Source: an uncultured Alphaproteobacteria bacterium (GTDB lineage: Bacteria; Pseudomonadota; Alphaproteobacteria; UBA7985; CAJQQZ01). Taken from it: a stretch of 64,000 bases of DNA. Both the position numbers and the translations under genes were made by a program. Each line of letters begins with the position of its first letter. Position 1 is the stretch's first letter. The notes under the pieces were generated by a model that saw only the letters and a list, made by a program, of their open reading frames with translations, was not told the origin of the DNA and made no database searches. Shown here in pieces: positions 21,549-30,514 of the stretch. The DNA is taken from NCBI GenBank assembly GCA_905480575.1, contig CAJQQZ010000046.1, forward strand, positions 556-64,555. The letters are read 5' to 3'.

Positions 21549-24332
21549 ATGGCAGATACAGTAAAATTTAGCCTCAACGGCAAGCAAGTCGAAGCACAGC
21601 CAGGTGAAACAATTTGGCAAGTTTCAGACCGCCTCGGCGTAGAAATTCCGCATCTTTGTTATTCACCAGAACCTGGTTATCGTGCCGATGGTAACTGCCG
21701 TGCTTGTATGGTTGAGATCGAAGGCGAGCGTGTTCTTGCGGCCTCTTGTATTCGTACACCGTCTGAAGGCATGGTTGTTAACTCAGCTTCTGACCGCGCA
21801 AAGAAATCTCGCGAGATGGTGTTTGAGCTGCTGGTTGCTGACCAGCCAGAGCGCGCCACTTCGCATGACCCTGACAGCAAGTTCTGGAACTGGTCGGACA
21901 AAGTTGGCGTCGAGACCAGCCGTTTCCCGACCAAAGCCAGCCAATATGTGCCAGCGGCCGATACCAGCCATACGGCGATGTCCGTTAATCTGGATGCTTG
22001 CATCAATTGCAATCTCTGTGTTCGCGCTTGCCGTGAAGTTCAAGTAAATGACGTCATCGGCATGGCCTACCGTGGTTCCGGCGCTAAGGTCATTTTCGAC
22101 TTTGACGACGAAATGGGTCAGTCAACTTGCGTTGCTTGTGGCGAATGTGTCCAGGCCTGCCCAACCGGTGCTTTGATGGAATCAAGCTTGCTTAATGAAG
22201 CTGGTACACGTGTTGTCTTTGAAGAAGAGACTGTTGCTTCTGGGTGCCCCTACTGTGGTGTTGGTTGTCAGATCGAATACAAGGTCAAAGACAACGAAAT
22301 CCTTTACGCCGACGGCAACAATGGCCCGGCAAACTCGAACCGCCTCTGTGTTAAGGGTCGTTTCGGATTTGAATATCAAAGCCACGAAGACCGCCTGACC
22401 GTACCACTGATCCGTCGTGATGACGCGCCAAAGTCTGGCGACTGCGAAGTTGATCCACAAAATCCATGGACTCATTTCCGTGAAGCAACATGGGAAGAAG
22501 CCCTGGACCACGCCGGTGGTGCCCTGAAAGGCATTTATGACCGTGAAGGACCAAAAGGTCTTGCCGGTTTCGGTTCTGCCAAAGGTTCCAACGAAGAAGC
22601 TTACCTCTTCCAGAAGCTAATCCGCACAGCCTTCCACACAAATAACGTCGACCACTGTACGCGTCTTTGCCACGCTTCATCTGTTGCGGCCCTGATGGAA
22701 GCGATCGGAACAGGCGCTGTGACGGCACCTTTTACAGCCGCTAAAGATTCTGACTGTATTATCGTGATTGGTGCCAACCCTACGGTAAATCATCCAGTGG
22801 CAGCGACGTTCATCAAGAACGCTACCAAGAAGGGCGCTAAGCTCTTCATTATGGATCCACGTAAACAAACACTTAGTCGTCATGCGACCAAGCACCTGCA
22901 GTTCAAGCCTGGTGCTGATGTTTCCATGTTGAACGCTATGCTGCACACGATCATTGAAGAAGGTCTCTATGATCAACAGTATATTGATGCCTACACACAT
23001 GGCTTCGACGATCTCAAAGCCTCAATCAAAGACTTTGCCCCTGAAAAGATGGCTGCGATCTGTGGCATTGATGCAGAGACACTGCGTGAGGTTGCTCGAA
23101 CTTACGCGACATCCAAAGCCTCACTGATTTTCTGGGGCATGGGTATTTCCCAGCACGTTCACGGTACAGATAACGCACGTTGCTTGATTCAGCTTGCTCT
23201 AACAACCGGTCAAGTTGGTCGCCCAGGTTCTGGCCTCCATCCCCTGCGTGGGCAGAACAACGTGCAAGGTGCATCAGATGCTGGCCTTATTCCTATTGTG
23301 TATCCCGATTACCAGTCAGTGGAAAAAGAGGCCATCCGCGAACACTTTGAGGACTTTTGGGGCACTGACCTAGATCCCAAAAAAGGCCTCACAGTTGTAG
23401 AGATCATTGATGCGATCCATGATGATCAAATCAAGGGCATGTATATCATGGGTGAAAACCCCGCTATGTCTGATCCTGATCAAAACCACGCCCGCGCAGC
23501 ACTCGCAAAGCTGGAGCATCTCGTCGTTCAGGACATCTTCCTGACCGAGACCGCATTCCACGCAGATGTGGTACTGCCTGCGACTGTTTATTATGAGAAG
23601 ACAGGCTCCTTCACCAATACCAATCGCCAGGTCCAGATTGCCCGCCAAGTCGTGGCACCTCCAGGCCAAGCACGTGAAGACTGGTGGATCACTGTAGAGC
23701 TTGCCAAACGCGTGGGTCTTGATTGGAACTATGCTAACCCTGGTGAAGTCTTCAACGAAATGGCTATGGTTATGCCCTCGCTGAAGAACATCACTTGGGA
23801 ACGTCTCAACCGAGAGAATGCTGTCACTTATCCTTGTGATGGCCCAACCCTACCAGGCAACGAGATTCTCTATGGCGCTGGTTTCCCAACAGAAGACGGT
23901 CGCGGCACCATGGTTCCTGCCAAGATCATTCCACCAGACGAGCTACCGGACACAGACTACCCTATGGTACTTTCCACAGGTCGTATGTTGGAGCATTGGC
24001 ACACGGGTTCTATGACACGCCGCGCGCGGGTTCTAGATCACCTTGAGCCAGAAGCGATTGCAATGCTGCACCCTCGTCAAATGCGTTCTTTAGGCCTACA
24101 GATCGGTGATTACATCAAGGTATCCACTCGTCGCGGTGAACTGGAGATCATGATCCGCCAGGACCGTGATGTCCCGGAAGGCATGGTCTTTATCCCGTTC
24201 TGTTATGCAGAAGCGGCTGCGAACCTTTTAACCAACCCACAGCTAGATCCGTTCGGCAAAATTCCAGAATTTAAGTTCTGTGCTGCAAAAATTGAGAAGA
24301 CGGCTGCACCTGTTATGGCTGCTGCTGAATAA
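21549..24332 (+). CDS. fdsA: NAD-dependent formate dehydrogenase alpha subunit (molybdopterin, NuoG-like N-terminus)
   Basis: 927 aa with 2Fe-2S and 4Fe-4S N-terminal cysteine clusters, a molybdopterin oxidoreductase core and the conserved H and R of FDH (…HWHTGSMTRR…). Confidence 0.9.
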   Translation: MADTVKFSLNGKQVEAQPGETIWQVSDRLGVEIPHLCYSPEPGYRADGNCRACMVEIEGERVLAASCIRTPSEGMVVNSASDRAKKSREMVFELLVADQPERATSHDPDSKFWNWSDKVGVETSRFPTKASQYVPAADTSHTAMSVNLDACINCNLCVRACREVQVNDVIGMAYRGSGAKVIFDFDDEMGQSTCVACGECVQACPTGALMESSLLNEAGTRVVFEEETVASGCPYCGVGCQIEYKVKDNEILYADGNNGPANSNRLCVKGRFGFEYQSHEDRLTVPLIRRDDAPKSGDCEVDPQNPWTHFREATWEEALDHAGGALKGIYDREGPKGLAGFGSAKGSNEEAYLFQKLIRTAFHTNNVDHCTRLCHASSVAALMEAIGTGAVTAPFTAAKDSDCIIVIGANPTVNHPVAATFIKNATKKGAKLFIMDPRKQTLSRHATKHLQFKPGADVSMLNAMLHTIIEEGLYDQQYIDAYTHGFDDLKASIKDFAPEKMAAICGIDAETLREVARTYATSKASLIFWGMGISQHVHGTDNARCLIQLALTTGQVGRPGSGLHPLRGQNNVQGASDAGLIPIVYPDYQSVEKEAIREHFEDFWGTDLDPKKGLTVVEIIDAIHDDQIKGMYIMGENPAMSDPDQNHARAALAKLEHLVVQDIFLTETAFHADVVLPATVYYEKTGSFTNTNRQVQIARQVVAPPGQAREDWWITVELAKRVGLDWNYANPGEVFNEMAMVMPSLKNITWERLNRENAVTYPCDGPTLPGNEILYGAGFPTEDGRGTMVPAKIIPPDELPDTDYPMVLSTGRMLEHWHTGSMTRRARVLDHLEPEAIAMLHPRQMRSLGLQIGDYIKVSTRRGELEIMIRQDRDVPEGMVFIPFCYAEAAANLLTNPQLDPFGKIPEFKFCAAKIEKTAAPVMAAAE

Positions 24333-24358
24333 AGCGATACAAATTCATCGTTTTATAA

Positions 24359-24381
24359 GGGAGGCTTCGGCCTCCCTTTTT
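24359..24381 (+). terminator. rho-independent terminator after fdsA
   Basis: gggaggc-ttcg-gcctccc is a perfect 7-bp GC stem with a UUCG loop, followed by T5. Confidence 0.75.
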
Positions 24382-24696
24382 CATGCCGACTCCGCAGAAC
24401 AAGCTAAAATTCGCTTAATTTGTTAACGAAAGATGCAATTTCCCAAATTCGATTGCTATTTGCGTTTCAAATATCCCAGGAGTCTCACGAGTACGCCTTC
24501 CCAATCCCCCCCAAGACTCGCAGGTCGTTTTGGAGTCATTGGGTAAAATTCAAACTGGCACACTTCCTGCTATATAAAGATCAGATACGCAGAAGAGAGT
24601 TAGTAACAGCAAGAGTTGCTAACGGAAGCGCAAACTTTCCTCTACTGCTCATCACGAGCTTGCCTTAGTCGGGCAAACTTCCCAGCCAAAACTTAC

Positions 24697-24730
24697 GGCC
24701 CAGAGGAGAAATCTTCTGGGCCTTTTTTTT
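24697..24730 (+). terminator. rho-independent terminator (second, about 315 nt downstream of the first)
   Basis: ggcccagagga-gaaa-tcttctgggcc is an 11-bp stem with a GNRA loop, followed by T8. Confidence 0.75.
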
Positions 24731-24776
24731 CGCTCACATGTTACTATCGTACCAATCATAATCAGGAGGAAACATC

Positions 24777-25298
24777 GTGTTGTATAAATTAGGGAACGAC
24801 CAACCAGAACTTCACGAAGAAAGCTGGGTAGCACCAACCGCTGTTGTTATTGGAAAAACGCGTTTGTTAAAAAATGCATCCGTTTGGTGGAACGCCGTTA
24901 TCCGAGGCGATAACGAATGGATTGAGATTGGCGAGAACTCAAATGTTCAGGACAATGCAGTTTTGCACACAGACCCCGGCTTCCCCATGACAATTGGCAA
25001 TGACGTTGTCGTCGGCCATCTCGCTATGCTTCATGGCTGCACAGTTGAAAACGGAGCCTTGATTGGCATGGGCGCCACAGTGCTCAATGGCGCTGTCATT
25101 GGCAAAGGATCGGTCATCGGTGCAAACGCGTTGATCGCTGAAGGCAAGGAAATACCGCCTTACTCTTTGGTTGTTGGACAACCTGGTAAGATCATAAGAA
25201 CCCTCACCGAAGAACAATCCGCCCAAATGCTCAGAGGTGCAGCAGCCTACGTGAAAAACTGGCAACGATACGCCAAGGATTTAGAACTGATCGAATAA
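24777..25298 (+). CDS. gamma-class carbonic anhydrase family / hexapeptide-repeat protein (YrdA/PaaY-like)
   Basis: 173 aa of left-handed beta-helix hexapeptide repeats, with the His ligand context ([11 protein letters not shown]...GHLAMLHGC) of gamma-CA-like proteins. Confidence 0.85.
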   Translation: MLYKLGNDQPELHEESWVAPTAVVIGKTRLLKNASVWWNAVIRGDNEWIEIGENSNVQDNAVLHTDPGFPMTIGNDVVVGHLAMLHGCTVENGALIGMGATVLNGAVIGKGSVIGANALIAEGKEIPPYSLVVGQPGKIIRTLTEEQSAQMLRGAAAYVKNWQRYAKDLELIE

Positions 25299-25319
25299 AC
25301 CACTTCAGCCGTTTCAACA

Positions 25320-26309
25320 TTACAAGATCAGATTCTCCTTAAGACGCTCGGCTTGCGTGAAAGCTTGAAGAGGATCTTGCTGTGGCTCACTTGAGTAGTC
25401 TGCCATTTGATTCTTTTGCATCAACCGCCATTCCTGCATCAAGGCAATCGCAGACCAGCGAACTTGAGAGACATAGCGCCAGAACTCAATGCGCTGCGCA
25501 TCAAGCAGGTGACCCGAGAGATCCTGATACATGCTGACGAAATGCGCCAAGTCGCTTTCAAGCCCCCCAGGATTTGAGTAACGCCAACAAGGAGCAAACA
25601 ACCAACCGACATCCTGCTCTCTTTCACCCAAACTTGCGAACTCCCAATCAAGTAAGAAGATCTGATCCGACGCGGACTTTAAAAAATTACCCATTCGGAA
25701 ATCATTGTGGCAGAGGACGGGCTCTGAGGTTCTGCAGCTCAAATTTTCGACGATTTCATTTAGTTCGCTGGAGATCCGACCCGACAAAGGATGATGATAC
25801 CCCGCCACCCAACTGGCCATCGAAGCCAGGGTTTTTGAGAGCTCATTGTCGCGCAAATTCATCATCAAAGGGGTCGGCAGTCTGACATCGTGAAGTTCAC
25901 CCATGATTTCAGCCAAACTTTTCCAGATTTGTGACCAATCACAAGCCTCTGAGAAGTGTTTAGGATCATCTTTTCCGTCTATGTACTCAAACAACAGCCC
26001 TTGAACGGGATCGCTCCCAACCTTGGTAACCAACTCAGGTGCCCAGGGTAAATGATGCCGATTTAGTTCAGAGACAATACTAGCCTCATCAGAAAGAGAA
26101 TTCTGGCACTTCGCTGGCAAAACAATTGGGTTTCGTTGACGCCAGACCAGATCTCCACCCTCGCGGGGTCTGATCAAAAAGTGATCATTAATCGCACCAT
26201 TTGAAAACTGGCCGACCACTTCCACTTGGGAAGTACAGTCCGCTAGATAGCCCGAAACCAAAGCCTGCACAGATATTTGCCGATTTTTTTCAATTTTTCG
26301 AAGTACCAT
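25320..26309 (-). CDS. phosphotransferase (APH / choline-kinase-like protein kinase fold)
   Basis: 329 aa with the catalytic loop CHNDFRMGNFL (HxDxxxxN) and a D-[FW]-E metal-binding motif (LLDWEFASLG). Confidence 0.75.
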   Translation of the reverse strand: MVLRKIEKNRQISVQALVSGYLADCTSQVEVVGQFSNGAINDHFLIRPREGGDLVWRQRNPIVLPAKCQNSLSDEASIVSELNRHHLPWAPELVTKVGSDPVQGLLFEYIDGKDDPKHFSEACDWSQIWKSLAEIMGELHDVRLPTPLMMNLRDNELSKTLASMASWVAGYHHPLSGRISSELNEIVENLSCRTSEPVLCHNDFRMGNFLKSASDQIFLLDWEFASLGEREQDVGWLFAPCWRYSNPGGLESDLAHFVSMYQDLSGHLLDAQRIEFWRYVSQVRWSAIALMQEWRLMQKNQMADYSSEPQQDPLQAFTQAERLKENLIL

Positions 26310-26671
26310 TGGACAGTAAAATTACTTCACAGGTTAATTTTTTGTTTGTGAATCCTAAGTCTGTTGTCTTTTGAACACAGTCGCCTAAGACTTTGCTCGC
26401 AATAGCTATTCTCGCTGGTCTTTACCAGATCAAAATGGCATTTTGCGGCCAACAGGTAATCCACGCGCAGACGCTTTAGCGGTCGCGCAATAGGGTTTCG
26501 GGGGAGAGCCTCTCTAAAAAAGGGGCATGAAACGAAAGGCGCTGTCGATCCGGGGGGATTTTGACGGCGCCTTTTTCGTTCAGCGCTTTATGCCAAGGCA
26601 AACTGAAAGCTTGCCTTTAGTTTGCACTCAAGCGCCGCGCTGGCTGCGCTCCCACTTGGTCGCTAGTCCTT

Positions 26672-26705
26672 GAATTCAGTGAATTTTATCAAATTCACTG
26701 AATTC
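26672..26705. promoter_or_regulatory. 34-bp palindrome: 15-bp perfect arms GAATTCAGTGAATTT / AAATTCACTGAATTC with a 4-bp spacer
   Basis: Seen directly in the sequence, 56 nt downstream of the HAL-like gene stop. AT-rich, so a protein operator is more likely than an intrinsic terminator. Confidence 0.4.
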
Positions 26706-26760
26706 CGTGTCCACAAACCCCAATGAGTCAAAAGCTGTTGGCGTTGGTACAATTCTTCAG

Positions 26761-28218
26761 TCAAGAACCTGAAGGATAGATTTCTTTTCCGAATGCAGCC
26801 GTTAACGCCTCAAACAGAGGGCCTGTCGCTTGCATTCTTTCTAAGGGCTGTGCGTGCGTTCGAATCATATCTAACCTAGCCCTTAGAGCCGGTGGGGCCG
26901 TTCGATTTGTCACAAACAAAGCTTGGCTGGCTATGAAAGCAAGAATAGCTAGGCTCGCGTCCAAACATTGCCCTGATCGCTCTATCTTCCGCCAAGCAGG
27001 CAAAGCAACACTTGCAACATCATTTTGGCCAAATCCTCCAGACTCAGAGCCAGGTAGGAGATTTGGTGCAGCCAGCAGCTTGGCTTCTTCCACAAAATCG
27101 ACCGCTGCCATGGGGCTGGCTCCTAAATAGAGGTCATCGTCTGCCCGAAACTTCAACTGATCGGGGAGGCCTGAACAATTCCCATCTAGCATTTTTGTTG
27201 CCTGTCGTTCTGCCAGCTGAGCCAAATCTGCATAAGATGCTGCTAGGCGACCCAAAACAGGCCCAACATCGGCATTGTGATAGCCTCCCGTCGATAGTGC
27301 CCGTCCGTTTGGATAGAGATCACCAGATGGGTCTTGATCTGGCCTTAGAAAGACAGGGTTGTCCGTAACCGCCTTCAGCGCTCTTTCAGCCGCCGACTTG
27401 CACTCCTCTAGCGAGGCCAATGCTGCGCCCAGAATCCGGGGTAGAATTCTAAAGCTAACGGGTGCTTGATAAGCTCGGCGTTCTTCTGCCCCACCGGATA
27501 GCAACGTCGAGATCTGTTGCAGTGCGTTCTGTTCGTTATCACTACCCCAAAGGTCTTCTAGGGCTGGATCGTAAGCTTCCAATGGCGCTAGGAATGCTTC
27601 TGCCGATAAAGCGAAAATCTCAGTTGCAACCTCCAACCGCTTCTGGCAACTGAGAGCGACATCAGCCAAAACCGCTGAAGCCCCTGGCGAACCGTTGATC
27701 AGGGCGAGGCATTCTTTCTCTTCCAAATCCATTGTCTCCGCCATCGGTAGAAACAAGGGCGCTAGAATGAGGATTTCGCCGGCTCCTCCTTGCCCTTGAA
27801 TGGCGAAGGTGGGAAGTGGCTGCTCTCCGCCTAACAAGGCGGCGACAGCTTGCGCTAACTCTGGTCTGACCGCAGCATGACCCTCGACAAAATTCGCGAG
27901 GCGCGCATAAATCGTACCGCGAACCAAACGTTCTGGCGCCTTCTCTCCAAAGGCAGAGGTTGGTCCGACAGGTCGTCGTTTCGCATGGGCTCGGCGTTGT
28001 TCTTTGGTGAAACGCAGCTTTGCATTCTGGCCATAGCCAGACGTTACGCCGTAAATAACTAAATTAGGATCGCTATCGATCATCTCCATAAATGCATTGC
28101 GAGATGTCTGGATTGCATCCAAAGCCGTTTTTGAAAAGCCTAGAGCCTTCCCTTCCCACGCAACCTGGCGGTAGTTATCTAAAGAAAAATCATTGCGGTC
28201 CCGTAAGACAATAGTCAC
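26761..28218 (-). CDS. HAL/PAL-family (aromatic amino acid ammonia-lyase-like) protein, apparently lacking the Ala-Ser-Gly MIO triad
   Basis: 485 aa. The N-terminal VIYGVTSGYGQNAKLRF matches the HAL motif YGVNTGFGxxAxxxI. At the expected MIO position the sequence reads GQGGAGEILILAPL instead of GASGDLAPL. Confidence 0.65.
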   Translation of the reverse strand: MTIVLRDRNDFSLDNYRQVAWEGKALGFSKTALDAIQTSRNAFMEMIDSDPNLVIYGVTSGYGQNAKLRFTKEQRRAHAKRRPVGPTSAFGEKAPERLVRGTIYARLANFVEGHAAVRPELAQAVAALLGGEQPLPTFAIQGQGGAGEILILAPLFLPMAETMDLEEKECLALINGSPGASAVLADVALSCQKRLEVATEIFALSAEAFLAPLEAYDPALEDLWGSDNEQNALQQISTLLSGGAEERRAYQAPVSFRILPRILGAALASLEECKSAAERALKAVTDNPVFLRPDQDPSGDLYPNGRALSTGGYHNADVGPVLGRLAASYADLAQLAERQATKMLDGNCSGLPDQLKFRADDDLYLGASPMAAVDFVEEAKLLAAPNLLPGSESGGFGQNDVASVALPAWRKIERSGQCLDASLAILAFIASQALFVTNRTAPPALRARLDMIRTHAQPLERMQATGPLFEALTAAFGKEIYPSGS

Positions 28219-28263
28219 TATAACGCATCCTTTTCATTTGTTTTCGAAAGCCACAGCAAAGCT

Positions 28264-29280
28264 ATGTCCGAAATTTACATCGATTACCTTGGCGGGCCAG
28301 ACATAGCCCAACTTAACCTCACCAATGACGACATTCTGAATGCTATCGAGGAAAGCTTGTCCGCGCAAGGAAACGGCAAGACCGCCATTGAACCCCGCGT
28401 CCATTTACAGCCTTCGAAAGCGCCAACAGCGCCGAAGATAAATGGGCATTTTAACGTGTTGAGAGGTTATGTTGAGCCGATGGGTCTGGCAGGCGTGAAG
28501 GTTGTCGGAGACTACGTCGACAATTATAAGCAGGGCCTGCGGTCCGAGATGGCACTCCTTAATCTCTTTGACCCCACCAACGGTACGCCGTTGGCCGTCA
28601 TTGATGCTTCTGACATTACCGACATGCGGACAGGTGCTGTTACGGCTCTTGGTGCTAAGTATCTCGCACGAAAAAACTCAAAGATCCTTGGCCACATCGG
28701 TGCACGCGGCACATCTTACTGGAATGTTCGTCTGCTAGATCATCTGTTCGACTTTGATGAAATCCGTGTTCACTCTCGCCGCCCCGAAAGCCGCGATGCC
28801 TTTGGTGCTAAACTTTCAGAAGACCTCGGCAAAAAGGTAAAAGTAGTCGACAATTGGGAAGACTGTCTGGTTGGCGCAGACATCATGGTGGAAGCGTCTC
28901 GACTGAACGAGCCAACACCATTGTTTAAAACCGAGTGGATCAAAAAGGGGTGCTGTGTCATTCCGTATGGTACGATGTCAGCACTCGAATTGTCCTTAAC
29001 TGACATCATGAGCAAGATCGTCATGGATGACTGGGGCCAAGCTCACGCCGGTCCATTCGGAGCACTGCGCCCGCACATCGATGCGGGGAAATTCAGCGAA
29101 GATAACTTTCATGGTAATTTGGGGGATATAGTTGCCGGTCATAAACCAGGACGGGAGACAGAACAGGAGATAAACTTGTTCTGGCACAGAGGATTGAGCC
29201 TAAGTGACATCGCACTCGGCCATGCAATGCTCCAAAAGGCGAAAACGTTAGGTTTAGGGCAGAAGTTGAGATTTTCTTAG
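28264..29280 (+). CDS. ornithine cyclodeaminase / mu-crystallin family NAD(P)-dependent enzyme
   Basis: 338 aa with the OCD_Mu_crystall pattern (Rossmann GHIGARGTSYW, conserved DITDMRT). Confidence 0.85.
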   Translation: MSEIYIDYLGGPDIAQLNLTNDDILNAIEESLSAQGNGKTAIEPRVHLQPSKAPTAPKINGHFNVLRGYVEPMGLAGVKVVGDYVDNYKQGLRSEMALLNLFDPTNGTPLAVIDASDITDMRTGAVTALGAKYLARKNSKILGHIGARGTSYWNVRLLDHLFDFDEIRVHSRRPESRDAFGAKLSEDLGKKVKVVDNWEDCLVGADIMVEASRLNEPTPLFKTEWIKKGCCVIPYGTMSALELSLTDIMSKIVMDDWGQAHAGPFGALRPHIDAGKFSEDNFHGNLGDIVAGHKPGRETEQEINLFWHRGLSLSDIALGHAMLQKAKTLGLGQKLRFS

Positions 29281-29347
29281 CTTCAATTATCAACCACAAA
29301 AAAGCCACCAAAAGAGTGTCTAGCTATCATCCGCTACCCGCTTTAGA

Positions 29348-30514
29348 ATGTCACAAATGACCAGAAGCTTAGACCGATATATTTTCTCTCAACTCGCCCT
29401 AACCAGCGTCGCCATTACGATTGTGCTGGTGATTGCGGCAGTGCTCACAAAATCTTTGACGTTGTTCAAGAAAGTTGTCAGTGGCGATCTCCCTCTTGGG
29501 ACTTTCTTTGATTTCATTTTTCTTATTGTACCCTCAATGATCGCGGTCATTCTGCCTATTTCCGTTTTTGCAGCGGCGCTTTTTGTTTATGAGAAACTAT
29601 CCTCAGACAGCGAACTCGTCGTTTTAAGAGCGACTGGTGTCAGTACATTCAGGCTCGCCATGCCAGCTTATGTTTTGGCCGTTATTTCCTCGATCCTGCT
29701 TGTTTCGGTTACTTTTTATTTTTTGCCTGCCTCTGTTGGCACCATGAAAGCAATGCAGAGGACTCAGGCTCTCAGTTTGGCAAAAACCCTGATTGACGTC
29801 GGCGTGTTTAAAGAAATCCGCCCTGGTATTACGGCCTTTGTCGGCGGCAAAGACGAACAAGGGCGTTTGACCGAAATTGTTCTGCACGACGAGAGAAAAC
29901 CTGAAGCAACGACCACTGTAACTGCAAAACGCGCAGAGCTCTTTTCACATGAAGGCCAGATTCAAGTCATACTATACGATGGCGTCCGACAAACAATCGA
30001 GGCCTCAACTGATATTCCTTCTACTTTGGTATTTGATAAGACTGTTTACAAAGCGGGAGAAAACACCAACCAAAAACAAGTTCTCAAACGTAGCGACCTA
30101 AAGCCAAGAGAACTCTATGTTCACGAACTAGCGCAAATTGTGCGAACAACGGAAAATGTCAAAAAGAGAAACCGATACGCATCTGAGCTGCACGATCGGA
30201 TAACAACACCACTGCTGGTCATAGGTTTTGTCGCTCTGGCTCTCTCGATACTTTTATCTGGGGACATTAACCGCCGAGGTGCGGTAAAGAGAATTTTGTT
30301 GTCAATCTTACTTGTGGGCTCATTTCAGGTGCTGGTCCTGCTCGCCAAAAAACTAATCAAAAATGATGTTGATTACTATTGGCTCATCTATGTGGCGGCG
30401 CTTGCTCCGATTGGACTCGCTCTTCTCTGGCCGCATTGGATAAGACTGTACACGAGGTGGCTCATCGAACTTTCTGCTTATCAGATCAAGACCAAAACAA
30501 GAGCACCATTATGA
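29348..30514 (+). CDS. lptF: LPS export ABC transporter permease
   Basis: 388 aa of the YjgP/YjgQ family, with N-terminal MxxLDRYIFSQL. Precedes lptG with an ATGA overlap. Confidence 0.85.
   Translation: MSQMTRSLDRYIFSQLALTSVAITIVLVIAAVLTKSLTLFKKVVSGDLPLGTFFDFIFLIVPSMIAVILPISVFAAALFVYEKLSSDSELVVLRATGVSTFRLAMPAYVLAVISSILLVSVTFYFLPASVGTMKAMQRTQALSLAKTLIDVGVFKEIRPGITAFVGGKDEQGRLTEIVLHDERKPEATTTVTAKRAELFSHEGQIQVILYDGVRQTIEASTDIPSTLVFDKTVYKAGENTNQKQVLKRSDLKPRELYVHELAQIVRTTENVKKRNRYASELHDRITTPLLVIGFVALALSILLSGDINRRGAVKRILLSILLVGSFQVLVLLAKKLIKNDVDYYWLIYVAALAPIGLALLWPHWIRLYTRWLIELSAYQIKTKTRAPL

Noticed and set aside
24420-24668. 82-aa ORF between the two terminators as a protein-coding gene
   Set aside because: It starts at TTG with no Shine-Dalgarno, the composition is odd (MLTKDAISQIRLLFAFQ...) and I recognise no family. 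I treat the locus as a possible non-coding transcript instead.
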